Under the pieces are notes generated by a model. It had not been told where the DNA came from. It saw nothing but the letters and a program-made list of their open reading frames with translations, and ran no database searches. Below, piece by piece: positions 1-8,989 of a stretch of DNA of 64,000 nt (position 1 is the stretch's first letter; the number at the start of each line of letters is the position of its first letter). The stretch is from NCBI GenBank assembly GCA_963842725.1, contig CAWJHN010000001.1:84447-148446 (forward strand), in the 5' to 3' direction. The position numbers and the translations under genes are program-made. The DNA comes from an uncultured Actinomycetes bacterium (GTDB lineage Bacteria > Actinomycetota > Actinomycetes > S36-B12).

Positions 1-217
1 TCCCGACGCCGCCGGACACCAGCGTGCCCAGACCGCCGTGCTGCAGCCACAGCCCGAGGGTGACGACGAGGACGAAGCCGCAGGCCGCAACGACGTCACT
101 GGCCACGAGCCTCGACACGCGGGGGCGGGGCAGTCGGCGGACCGTGCGACTGGGCTCAGCGAGCGGGGTCGCGGAGGCGGTGTGCGGGGTGCCGCGACGG
201 GACGTCGTGATGCTCAT
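1..217 (-). CDS. N-terminal fragment of an integral membrane protein (partial, continues beyond the window start)
   Basis: Absent from the ORF track because it has no stop inside the window. Reverse-strand ATG at 215-217. It reads MSITTSRRGTPHTASATPLAEPSRTVRRLPRPRVSRLVASDVVAACGFVLVVTLGLWLQHGGLGTLVSGG, with G/C-dominated third codon positions and one clear TM helix. Confidence 0.45.
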   Translation of the reverse strand, partial: MSITTSRRGTPHTASATPLAEPSRTVRRLPRPRVSRLVASDVVAACGFVLVVTLGLWLQHGGLGTLVSGGVG

Positions 218-302
218 GTGACCACCTTGGCCCACGAATCACCGCACGATCGCCGCACCGAGCCCGGCCTGACGAAACCCGTACACACGGCCAATGAAGT
301 GA

Positions 303-863
303 TTACGGAGCGGCCCCCTCAGCCGCCACCGAGGCCACCAGGTCCGCCAGTTCGGCGGCGTCCACGACGCCGATGACGGTGGCGGCCATGCGGCCCTCGC
401 GGTCGACGATGACCGTGCTCGGCAGCGCCGCGGGGGGCACTCCGGGGATCGTCGGCAGGATGGCGCCGTCGGCGTCGACGATGCTCGGGTACTGCATGCC
501 GAGCTCGCCGGAGAAGGCCGCCGCCGCTGTCGGGTCGTCGCTGACATTGAGGCCGACGACCGACACCCCGTCCGGTTCGGCGGACGCAGCGAGATCGACG
601 AAGGCCGGCACCTCGTCGCGGCACGGGACGCACCACGAGGCCCACGAGTTGAGGACGACGACGCGACCGCGCAGGTCGGCGAGATCGAGGGTCTCGCCCG
701 TCAGCGTGAGGCCGCTGACGGGGGGCATCGGCTGCCGAGCGTCGGGCTCGTACCGGGTGACGCCGACCTGCGACGACGGGGGCAGGTCCCGACCGCATGC
801 GACCAGGGCCACGCTCGCCAGCAGCAGGGCGGCAAGGACGGCGGACAGTCGCGGTCGGGGCAC
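303..863 (-). CDS. TlpA/ResA-like thiol:disulfide oxidoreductase lipoprotein (thioredoxin fold)
   Basis: 186-aa ORF with a lipoprotein-type signal (LLLASVALVAC) and the thioredoxin active site WCVPC inside VVVLNSWASWCVPCRDEVP. Confidence 0.85.
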   Translation of the reverse strand: MPRPRLSAVLAALLLASVALVACGRDLPPSSQVGVTRYEPDARQPMPPVSGLTLTGETLDLADLRGRVVVLNSWASWCVPCRDEVPAFVDLAASAEPDGVSVVGLNVSDDPTAAAAFSGELGMQYPSIVDADGAILPTIPGVPPAALPSTVIVDREGRMAATVIGVVDAAELADLVASVAAEGAAP

Positions 864-925
864 CGTTGGATGCTAGCCAGCAGCGCGCGTCGGGGCGGAC
901 GGCGGCTCCCCGGGTCCAGACGCCG

Positions 926-2437
926 TCAGCCGGTCGACGCGTCGGCCGACCGGTGTCCGGCGCCCGGCAGTGATCGGCCCGCCGCCCAGGGCGCGGAGAG
1001 CACCAGCGCGAGGATGATCTCGGCGAGCACCAGGCTCACCACGTTCACCCGCCAGCCGAGGGAGCTGCCTGCGAGCAGGCTCGACAGCCAGGATGCGAAC
1101 GGCCAGCCGATCATGAGGATGACGACGGAGGCGCGGCGGGGGCCGTCAAGGGTCGCGACGGCCCACAGCCACCCGAAGGCGACGAGGACCAGGCCGCTGG
1201 CCACCGTTCCGAGCTCCGTGCCCAGGACGCGCGTGAGGACCCCGGTGCCGGCGACCACGACCACGGCCAGGAGCAGCGCGATCGCAGGGACCTCCGGGTA
1301 CGCCCTCAGGCGCCTGCGCCACGGCCCGTCGCGCATCCCCAGCGAGCCGGCGAGCAGGATGGGCAGCGCCAGGGCGAGCAGCGTGATGGTGAGTGCCGAC
1401 ATGGGTCCGGCGGTCGTCCCGGCCGGCGGCGGTCCGGTGCGCAGCAGGACCACCGATATCGCGATGGCTGCCCCCATCGCCGTCAGTTCCCATGCCGCGA
1501 GCACGCCCAGCCGCCGGGCAGCGACCCCCTGCTCCTCGGCCCACCTCGCCACCACTCGCTTCCGCTGCAGCCAGCCGAGGCGGATCAGCCAGCCCAGCAG
1601 CACGGCCTTGCCCAGGATGAGGGAGCCGTAGAGCGTCCCGACCAAGGCGCTGGCCGACGCAGCGTGCACCAGGGCGTTGAGCACCCCCGTCCCCGCGATG
1701 ACGATGACGCACCACAGGGCCAGGGCGCTGAATCGAGGCAGCAGCGACGGGGCCGACTCGGGTCCGAGCCGGACGAGACCGACGGTGACGGCCAGCCCGC
1801 CCACCCAGAGCGCCGCCGCGCCGGCATGCAGGACGAGGCTCGCCGTCGCAAAGACGCGGATAGTGGGCATCCCGGCGTGCACGAGGAGCGAGGGCGCCGC
1901 TACCGCGCACAGCATGATGGCGAAGCCGATTGACATCGCGACGCCGGACGCCGCCGGCCGGCACAGCACGAGCGCCAGGCCGATCGCCAGGATCTGGAAC
2001 GCGAAGACGTGCCCGATCGAGGTGTCGGCGAGCAGGGTCCAGGCGCCCTCGGGTCGAAGGGCTCCGAGGGTCTCGATGGCGAGCACGTCGACCGCCGTCA
2101 GCAGGTACTGCACGACGAGGAGGCCGGCCCAGATCCCGCACCAGCCGGCCGCCCAGCGAAGGGCGCGTTCGGATCGCCCCGGCATCAGCAGTCCGCCGAC
2201 GAGCACCCCGCCCACCGCGACCATCGCGGCGATGTCGCGCGCGAAGCGGGCCAGTGGCAGGCCCCAGGTCGTGATGGCTGCCGGGACGGGCAGTCCCGGC
2301 AGGTCCGGCACGGCCAGCATGCCGGTCATCCACAGCGACGCGACGAGGACGGGGACGCCCCACCACAGCCGGGACCCGAGGCGCAGGGCGGTGCTCACTC
2401 CGAGAAGGTACCGAAACCGGGCCGCCGTGCCGCGCAA
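926..2437 (-). CDS. Polytopic membrane protein, CopD / cytochrome-oxidase-assembly (CtaG-like) family candidate
   Basis: 503-aa ORF that is almost entirely hydrophobic helices (about 12-14 TM). It lies next to the TlpA-like redoxin. The family call is from composition and context only. The start is uncertain (TTG at 2437, or GTG near 2398). Confidence 0.55.
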   Translation of the reverse strand: MRGTAARFRYLLGVSTALRLGSRLWWGVPVLVASLWMTGMLAVPDLPGLPVPAAITTWGLPLARFARDIAAMVAVGGVLVGGLLMPGRSERALRWAAGWCGIWAGLLVVQYLLTAVDVLAIETLGALRPEGAWTLLADTSIGHVFAFQILAIGLALVLCRPAASGVAMSIGFAIMLCAVAAPSLLVHAGMPTIRVFATASLVLHAGAAALWVGGLAVTVGLVRLGPESAPSLLPRFSALALWCVIVIAGTGVLNALVHAASASALVGTLYGSLILGKAVLLGWLIRLGWLQRKRVVARWAEEQGVAARRLGVLAAWELTAMGAAIAISVVLLRTGPPPAGTTAGPMSALTITLLALALPILLAGSLGMRDGPWRRRLRAYPEVPAIALLLAVVVVAGTGVLTRVLGTELGTVASGLVLVAFGWLWAVATLDGPRRASVVILMIGWPFASWLSSLLAGSSLGWRVNVVSLVLAEIILALVLSAPWAAGRSLPGAGHRSADASTG

Positions 2438-2440
2438 CGC

Positions 2441-3142
2441 CTAAGGCGCGTGGATGATCTCGGACAACGACCACTGGGTCAGCACGTAGTGGCGCATCAG
2501 CGCCAGCGTCTCGCTCCCGACGTACTCGGACGTGAGTGCCGAGCCCGGGCCGGACTCCGTGGGCGAGAGATGCGCGTCCATCCCTAGGGCGCTTGCCGTC
2601 GCCTGGGCGCGCGCCGCGTGGGCCGGATCGGTGACGACGGTGGCGGCCGACCAGCCGAGGTCGCGCATGACGGTGGCAACGACGCGAAGGGAGCCGACCG
2701 TGTCGGCGCTCGTGCTGAACTCGACGATGTCCCGGGCGGGCACGCCGTGCGACATCAGCTCGAAGCGCTCGAAGCCCGACAGCCGGTGCGGACCGGTCAC
2801 CACGACGACCGGGGCCACGCCCGACCGGTAGAGCTCGGCGGCGTGCGCCAGGCGCTCGCGCAGCACCGGTCGCGGATCGCCCCAGAAACGGGCCGGGTCG
2901 AGCACCACGATCGCCTGGGTCTGGCTGCGGTCGTCCACCTGGGCCATCATCACGATCTGCAGCACCGCGCCCAGGGGCAGCAGGAGCAGCAGCGAGACCG
3001 CCACTGTCGTCGTCGCGGTCACCGCGCCGCGCACCAGGCGCGGGACGGTGATCGGGGCCGCGACGACGGAGGGGCGTGGTGCCTCCCGTCCGATCGAATC
3101 GGCTGACGGAAAGTCACCCGACGCGACAGACGGAGCACTCAC
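2441..3142 (-). CDS. DUF218 / YdcF (ElyC/SanA-like) family protein with N-terminal TM anchor
   Basis: 233-aa ORF with a TM helix (TTTVAVSLLLLLPLGAVLQIV) followed by a YdcF-like core (VVVVTGPHRLSGFERFELMSHGVP...TDPAHAARA). GTG start. Confidence 0.7.
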   Translation of the reverse strand: MSAPSVASGDFPSADSIGREAPRPSVVAAPITVPRLVRGAVTATTTVAVSLLLLLPLGAVLQIVMMAQVDDRSQTQAIVVLDPARFWGDPRPVLRERLAHAAELYRSGVAPVVVVTGPHRLSGFERFELMSHGVPARDIVEFSTSADTVGSLRVVATVMRDLGWSAATVVTDPAHAARAQATASALGMDAHLSPTESGPGSALTSEYVGSETLALMRHYVLTQWSLSEIIHAP

Positions 3143-3200
3143 GCCCCAATCGTCACACGAACCCCACGCGTTTCACGGTTGCGACACCGCGAGGCGCACG

Positions 3201-5939
3201 TCAGCGCGTGTCGCTGCGCCCCACATGCCGCTCCAGTGCCGCCCGACCGGCCTCGAGCCGGGCCACCGGCACCCGGAACGGCGAGCAGGACACGTAGTCG
3301 AGCCCGACCTGGTCGAAGAAGTGGATCGACTCCGGGTCGCCCCCGTGCTCGCCGCAGACCCCGCAGTGGATGTTCGGCCGCGTCGCGCGGCCCTTCTCGA
3401 CGGCGATCTTCACGAGTTCGCCCACGCCCTCGCGGTCGATCGACTCGAACGGCGAGACGCCGAAGACACCCTTCTCGAGGTAGGCGGAGAAGAATGCCGA
3501 CTCCACGTCGTCGCGGCTGAAGCCCCAGGTGGTCTGGGTCAGGTCGTTCGTGCCGAAGGAGAAGAACTCCGCGGCCTCGGCGATCTGGTCGGCGGTCAAC
3601 GCGGCGCGTGGCAGCTCGATCATGGTCCCGATCGGGAACTTGAGCGTGCAGCCGTTGGCGTCAGCCACCTCCTTGAGGACTCCGGCCGCCTCGTCGGTGA
3701 CCAGTTCGAGCTCCTGGATGGAGCCCACGAGCGGGATCATGATCTCGGCCCGCGGGTCGCCACCCATGCGCTGGCGGAAGCAGGCGGCCTCGGCGATCGC
3801 CCGCACCTGCAGGGCGAACAGGCCCGGCAGCACGAGGCCGAGCCGCACGCCGCGCAGGCCCAGCATGGGGTTCTGCTCGTGCATGCGATTGACGGCCTGC
3901 AGCATGCGCAGGTCGGCCTCCACAGACTCGCCCTTGGCCTCGGCGAGCGCGACGCGCACGGCGAGCTCCGTGAGGTTGGGCAGGAACTCGTGCAGGGGCG
4001 GGTCGATCAGCCGGATGGTCACCGGGAGCCCGTCCATGGCCTCCAGGATGCGGATGAAGTCCTTGCGCTGCAGCGGCAGCAGAGCCTCGAGCGCGGCCTT
4101 GCGGTCGTCGTCGTCCTCGGCCAGGATCAACCGCTCGACGTACGTCTTGCGCTCGCCGAGGAACATGTGCTCGGTGCGCAGCAGGCCGATGCCCTCCGCC
4201 CCCATGTGACGGGCGCGGGTCGCGTCCGCCGGCGTGTCGGCGTTGGCGCGCACCCTCAGGCGGCGCGCCTTGTCCGCGTGCATCATCACGCGGTCGACCG
4301 CGCGGATCAGCTCGACGGTCGGCTCGTCGGCATCTTCGAGCGCGGCGTCGAGGCCGGACTCGAAGTACATGACGACGTTGCTCTCGACCACGGGCACCTC
4401 ACCGAGGAACACGTCACCGGTCGAGCCGTTGATCGACAGCACGTCGCCCTCCTTGACGACGAGGCCGGACTCCGTGGTCATGATGCGGTTCTTCGTGTCG
4501 ACGTCGAGGGACTCGGCGCCGCAGACCGCGGTCTTGCCCATGCCGCGTGCCACGACCGCCGCGTGCGAGGTCTTGCCACCGCGGCTGGTGAGGATGCCGG
4601 CCGCCGCGATCATGCCCTCGAGGTCGTCGGGGTTGGTCTCGCGACGCACGAGGATGACGTGCTCGCCGGCCGCCGCCCACTGCACGGCCGTCGTCGAGTC
4701 GAACACGACCCGGCCGACTGCGGCACCGGGCGAGGCGTTCATGCCGCGTCCGATCTTCTCGTGCGCGCTGCCCGAGGCGAACCGGGGGAACATGAGCTGG
4801 CCGAGCTGATGGCCGCTGACCCGCATCAGGGCCTCGTCCATCGAGATGACGCCCTCGTCGACGAGCTGCACGGCGATGCGGAAGGCGGCCGCCGCAGTGC
4901 GCTTGCCCACGCGCGTCTGCAGCATCCAGAGCTTGCCTTTCTCGATCGTGAACTCGATGTCGCACAGGTCGCGATAGTGCATCTCGAGCTTGTTCATGAT
5001 GTCCATGAGCTCGATGTAGGCGTGCTGGTCGAGCTGCTCGAGGTCCTGCAGCGGGAGCGCGTTGCGGATGCCCGCCACGACGTCCTCGCCCTGCGCGTCG
5101 GGCAGGTAGTCGCCGTACACGCCGCGGGCGCCCGAGCCGGGGTCGCGCGTGAAGGCCACACCGGTGCCGGAGCCGTCGCCGGCGTTGCCGAAGGCCATCG
5201 CCTGGACGTTGACCGCGGTGCCGAGGGTGTGCGGGATGCGCTCCTGGCGGCGGTACAGGCGGGCGCGGTCGGTGTTCCACGAGTGGAAGACGGACCGGAT
5301 CGCGAGGTCGAGCTGCTGGTAGGGGTCCTGGGGGAACTCGTGGCCGGTGCCGTCGCGCACGATCGCCTTGTACTCGTCGACGAGGCGCCGAAGGGACTCG
5401 ACCGGCAGCTCGACGTCGGTCTTGACGCCGGCGCGCTCCTTGCTCTGCTCGAGGGCGTGCTCGAAGTCCTCGCCGGGCAGGTCGAGCACGGTCTTGCCGA
5501 ACATCTGGATGAGGCGACGGTAGGAGTCCCATGCGAAGTGGTCGTCATTGGCGTGGGAGGCGAGGCCGGCGACGCTCGCGTCGTTCAGGCCGATGTTCAG
5601 GACGGTCTCCATCATGCCGGGCATCGAGAAGCGCGCGCCCGAGCGCACCGAGACCAGCAGCGGGTACTCGGGGTCGCCGAGCTTTCGGCCCATGTCGTCC
5701 TCGAGCTGCGCGACATGCTGCGCGATCTGGACGCGCAGGCCGTCGGGCCCGTGCCCGTGCTCGAGGAAGTACCGGCACGCCTCGGTCGTGATGGTGAAAC
5801 CTGGGGGGACGGGGAGTCCCATGCGGGTCATCTCGGCGAGGTTCGCGCCTTTGCCGCCGAGCAGGTCGCCCTGGGAGCGGTCACCCTCATGGAAGTCGTA
5901 TACGTAGGTTTGCGCCTTCGCGGTCGCGGAAATCGTCAT
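3201..5939 (-). CDS. ppdK: Pyruvate, phosphate dikinase
   Basis: ORF 3201..5975, with the best start at ATG 5937-5939 (MTISATAKAQTYVYDF). Contains GGKGANLAEM, the phosphohistidine loop GGKTSHAAVVARGMG, and the PEP/pyruvate domain motifs FFSFGTNDLTQ and CGEHGGDP. Confidence 0.95.
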   Translation of the reverse strand: MTISATAKAQTYVYDFHEGDRSQGDLLGGKGANLAEMTRMGLPVPPGFTITTEACRYFLEHGHGPDGLRVQIAQHVAQLEDDMGRKLGDPEYPLLVSVRSGARFSMPGMMETVLNIGLNDASVAGLASHANDDHFAWDSYRRLIQMFGKTVLDLPGEDFEHALEQSKERAGVKTDVELPVESLRRLVDEYKAIVRDGTGHEFPQDPYQQLDLAIRSVFHSWNTDRARLYRRQERIPHTLGTAVNVQAMAFGNAGDGSGTGVAFTRDPGSGARGVYGDYLPDAQGEDVVAGIRNALPLQDLEQLDQHAYIELMDIMNKLEMHYRDLCDIEFTIEKGKLWMLQTRVGKRTAAAAFRIAVQLVDEGVISMDEALMRVSGHQLGQLMFPRFASGSAHEKIGRGMNASPGAAVGRVVFDSTTAVQWAAAGEHVILVRRETNPDDLEGMIAAAGILTSRGGKTSHAAVVARGMGKTAVCGAESLDVDTKNRIMTTESGLVVKEGDVLSINGSTGDVFLGEVPVVESNVVMYFESGLDAALEDADEPTVELIRAVDRVMMHADKARRLRVRANADTPADATRARHMGAEGIGLLRTEHMFLGERKTYVERLILAEDDDDRKAALEALLPLQRKDFIRILEAMDGLPVTIRLIDPPLHEFLPNLTELAVRVALAEAKGESVEADLRMLQAVNRMHEQNPMLGLRGVRLGLVLPGLFALQVRAIAEAACFRQRMGGDPRAEIMIPLVGSIQELELVTDEAAGVLKEVADANGCTLKFPIGTMIELPRAALTADQIAEAAEFFSFGTNDLTQTTWGFSRDDVESAFFSAYLEKGVFGVSPFESIDREGVGELVKIAVEKGRATRPNIHCGVCGEHGGDPESIHFFDQVGLDYVSCSPFRVPVARLEAGRAALERHVGRSDTR

Positions 5940-6005
5940 TGGCCTAGCCGACACCCCTAGGGGTACCTGTGGCAAGGGGCAAAGGGCCGGGACACTGGAC
6001 CCAGC

Positions 6006-6030
6006 GGTGTGATGTCAGCCACCAACGACC
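6006..6030. repeat. Copy 1 of a 25-bp imperfect direct repeat (GGTGTGATGTCAGCCACCAACGACC)
   Basis: Identical at 22 of 25 positions to 6073-6097, which covers the dus stop codon. The two copies flank a GC hairpin. Confidence 0.7.
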
Positions 6031-6064
6031 CGCGGCCGGGCGCTCAACGGGCGGCCGCCGGGTC
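6027..6064 (-). terminator. GC-rich stem-loop downstream of dus (terminator-like, no U-tract)
   Basis: GACCCGCGGCCG ... CGGCCGCCGGGTC: 12-bp arms with one bulge, starting 18 nt after the dus stop on the minus strand. Confidence 0.4.
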
Positions 6065-6072
6065 CGGAAAGG

Positions 6073-6097
6073 GGTGTGACGTCAGCCACCACTGACC
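6073..6097. repeat. Copy 2 of the 25-bp imperfect direct repeat (GGTGTGACGTCAGCCACCACTGACC), overlapping the dus 3' end
   Basis: See copy 1. This copy contains the last dus codons (..SVSGG*) and its stop. Confidence 0.7.
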
Positions 6098-7218
6098 GAC
6101 AGCTCGGCCCCGATCAGCTCGACGGCCTGCGCCTGGTCCAGGTACCGCGAGTCCAGCCAGCCGTCCGGGAGCGACGGCCGGCGGTCGCCCGACGTCCGCC
6201 CCCGAGGCCCCGCGCCGACCTCGGCGTTGAACTCCTGATCGGGGTCGATCCGCTCGAGCAGGCCGTCGAGCTCGACCAGGCTCGCGACGGTGCCCAGCGC
6301 GAGCCGCACCGGCTGGCGGACCGAGAAGCCCTTCAGATACCAGGCCATGTGCTTGCGAATGTCGCGGCAGCCCCGCAGCTCGCCGTAGTCGTCTACCAGC
6401 AGTTCGGCGTGCCGGCGCAGGGTGACCAGCACCTCCCCCAGCCCCGGGTCCGAGGGGACGCGCTCCCCGCGGTAGGCGGCGGCCAGCTGGCCGAACAGCC
6501 AGGGTCGCCCCAGGCACCCGCGGCCCACGACGACTCCGTCGGCGCCCGTGGTCGCCATCATGCGCAGCGCGTCGTCAGCGGTCCAGATGTCGCCGTTGCC
6601 CAGCACCGGCGTGCCCAGCGGCGCGAGCTCCTCCACGAGGCGGGATATCGCGGCCCAGTCGGCGGTGCCCGCGTACATCTGAGCCGTCGTCCGGCCGTGC
6701 AGTGCCACCCAGGAGACGCCCGCCTCCGCCGCCGCACGGCCCGCCTCGAGGTAGGTGAGGTGGTCGTCGTCGATGCCCTTGCGCATCTTGACGGACACGG
6801 GTACCCGGCCGTCCGCCGTGCGCACCGCCGCATCGACGATGGACCGGAACAGGTCCCGCTTCCAGGGCAGGGCGCTGCCGCCGCCGCGGCGCGTCACCTT
6901 GGGCACCGGACAGCCGAAGTTGAGGTCGATGTGGTCGGCGCGGTCCTCGTCGACCAGGATGCGCACCGCCTCGGCCATCACCCCCGGGTCGACGCCGTAC
7001 AGCTGAACCGACCGGGGATTCTCGTCCGGGTGGAACGCCACCATGTCGAGGGTCTCGGCATTGCGCTCGACGAGGGCCCTTGAGGTGACCATCTCCGAGA
7101 CGTACAGCCCGGCCACCCGCCCGGTCGCCCGCACGGTCGCCTCCCGGCAGAGCGTGCGGAACGCCCGATTGGTGATCCCGGCCATCGGGGCGAGGACCAC
7201 GGGCGGTTCGAAGGGCAT
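6082..7218 (-). CDS. dus: tRNA-dihydrouridine synthase
   Basis: ORF 6082..7287, with the likely start at ATG 7216-7218 (MPFEPPVVLAPMAGITNRAFRTLCRE). Shows FMN/TIM-barrel Dus motifs (DLNFGCP, VSVKMRKG, ALHGRT). Confidence 0.9.
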   Translation of the reverse strand: MPFEPPVVLAPMAGITNRAFRTLCREATVRATGRVAGLYVSEMVTSRALVERNAETLDMVAFHPDENPRSVQLYGVDPGVMAEAVRILVDEDRADHIDLNFGCPVPKVTRRGGGSALPWKRDLFRSIVDAAVRTADGRVPVSVKMRKGIDDDHLTYLEAGRAAAEAGVSWVALHGRTTAQMYAGTADWAAISRLVEELAPLGTPVLGNGDIWTADDALRMMATTGADGVVVGRGCLGRPWLFGQLAAAYRGERVPSDPGLGEVLVTLRRHAELLVDDYGELRGCRDIRKHMAWYLKGFSVRQPVRLALGTVASLVELDGLLERIDPDQEFNAEVGAGPRGRTSGDRRPSLPDGWLDSRYLDQAQAVELIGAELSVSGG

Positions 7219-7313
7219 GGGCACCCGTCGATTCTCCCACCCGGCGGCGATGCGGCAGACTGCGTCCCGACACCATGTCGGGATCACGCAGCACGCGCGT
7301 CAGGAGCGAGTCG

Positions 7314-8984
7314 ATGTCAACGCCCGTCGAGTACCAGGTCGGCAAGGTCCTGACCGGCCGCAAGCGCTGGGCCGCGCTGATGTTCCTCGCCCTCGGCGTG
7401 GCGATGATCATCCTCGACGCGACGGTCGTCAACGTGGCCATCCCGACCATGGTCAAGGACCTGGGCCTGACCACAACGGACGCCGAATGGGTGACCGCCG
7501 CCTACTCCCTGACCTTCGCCTCCCTGCTGATCCTGTCGGGGCGCGTCGCCGACCGGATGGGCCGCAAGCTCATGTTCATCCTCGGGGTGGTCGTCTTCGT
7601 CGGCGCCAGCGTGCTCGTCGCCGCGTCCGACACCTCGACGACCCTGATCCTGGCCCGGGCCCTCCAGGGCGTCGGCGGCGCGATGATCCTGCCCGCCTCC
7701 CTCTCGGTCATCAATGCCGTCTTCGTCGGCAGGTCGCGGGCCGTCGCCTTCGCCGTCTGGGGCGGCACGATCGGAGGCGCGGCCGCCCTCGGCCCGCTGG
7801 TCGGCGGATGGCTGACCACCTACGCCTCGTGGCACTGGGCGTTCCTGATCAACGTCCCGATCGGCATCGTCGTGATCGTCGGCGTCCTCATGACGGTGCC
7901 CGAGACCAAGGAGCTCGGCGGCCCCAAGGGCATGGACCTGATGGGCACCGTCCTGATCACGATCGGCCTGTTCGGCATCGTCTTCGCCCTGATCGAGGGC
8001 GTGCGCTACGGCTGGATCACGCCCACCGCCACGTTCACGGTGGGCTCGTGGGAGTGGCCCCTGACGTCCGTCTCGGTGGTGTTCGTGGCCGCGGTGCTGG
8101 GCGTACTCTCCGTCATCGGGTTCCTGCTCCTGGAGCCCAGGAGGCTCAAGCGGGGCCAGGTCGTCGTCGTCGACCTGCGGCTCTTCCGCATCAAGACGTT
8201 CGGCACCGGCAACGTGGTCGCGACCGTGGTGAGCCTCGGGGAGTTCGGCCTGCTGTTCGCGCTGCCGCTCTTCCTGCAGGCCACCCGCGGGTACGACGCC
8301 CTGCAGACCGGCTACATCCTGCTCGCGCTCGCGGTCGGGTCCTTCGTCGCCTCCGGCCTGGGCGCGCCGCTCTCGCAGCGCCTCGGACCGGTGCGCGTGC
8401 TGCAGCTCGGCATGGCCCTCGAGGTCATCGGAATCTTCACCCTGGGCTACGTCCTGTCGCCCGACGTCACCGGCTGGCAGATGGCCCCGTGGCTGTTCCT
8501 CTACGGCATGGGCGTCGGCTTCGCCACCGCGCAGCTCACCGGGGTCGTCCTCTCCGAGGTTCCGGTGGTCGAGTCCGGCCAGGCGAGTGCCGTGCAGTCC
8601 ACCGCCCGGCAGGTCGGCGCCGCCATCGGCACGGCGATCATCGGAGCCACCCTGATCTTCGGGCTGGGCAGCGTCGCCGGGCAGCTCGAGGACCGTGGGA
8701 TCCCGGCCGCGCAGGCGCAGCAGATCTCCGACGCCGTCGCGTCGTCCGCCGGGCAGGCCATCCAGTTCCTGCCCAACGAGACACCCCAGGACCAGCTCAT
8801 CATCGAGGGCGCCTCGGCAGGGTTCGCCGCGGCGATCAAGCTGGTGGCCTGGATGGCCGGTGGCTTCGTGCTGTTCGGCCTGCTGGCCAGTCTGGCCCTG
8901 CCCAAGAACGCCGCGCGCATCGAGTCGGAGGGCTACTCGCCGCCACGGTCGCCGGACCCCGACCAGCCGGTCGCAGCCGAGTAG
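7314..8984 (+). CDS. MFS transporter, DHA2 (EmrB/QacA-like, 14-TMS) drug:H+ antiporter family
   Basis: ORF 7275..8984. ATG at 7314 is preceded by AGGAG. Contains LALGVAMIILDATVVNVAIPTM, and the length and hydrophobic pattern fit 14 TM. Confidence 0.85.
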   Translation: MSTPVEYQVGKVLTGRKRWAALMFLALGVAMIILDATVVNVAIPTMVKDLGLTTTDAEWVTAAYSLTFASLLILSGRVADRMGRKLMFILGVVVFVGASVLVAASDTSTTLILARALQGVGGAMILPASLSVINAVFVGRSRAVAFAVWGGTIGGAAALGPLVGGWLTTYASWHWAFLINVPIGIVVIVGVLMTVPETKELGGPKGMDLMGTVLITIGLFGIVFALIEGVRYGWITPTATFTVGSWEWPLTSVSVVFVAAVLGVLSVIGFLLLEPRRLKRGQVVVVDLRLFRIKTFGTGNVVATVVSLGEFGLLFALPLFLQATRGYDALQTGYILLALAVGSFVASGLGAPLSQRLGPVRVLQLGMALEVIGIFTLGYVLSPDVTGWQMAPWLFLYGMGVGFATAQLTGVVLSEVPVVESGQASAVQSTARQVGAAIGTAIIGATLIFGLGSVAGQLEDRGIPAAQAQQISDAVASSAGQAIQFLPNETPQDQLIIEGASAGFAAAIKLVAWMAGGFVLFGLLASLALPKNAARIESEGYSPPRSPDPDQPVAAE

Positions 8985-8989
8985 GCATC

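Noticed and set aside
3048-5960. A 970-aa plus-strand ORF lying exactly antisense to ppdK. There are similar long antisense or out-of-frame ORFs opposite comEC (40198-42357), lepA, leuS, the PLP enzyme and others.
   Set aside because: The translations are Arg/Gly/Asp/His/Pro-rich low-complexity strings with no motifs. The opposite strand encodes full-length, motif-rich housekeeping proteins. Long stop-free antisense frames are expected at this GC content.
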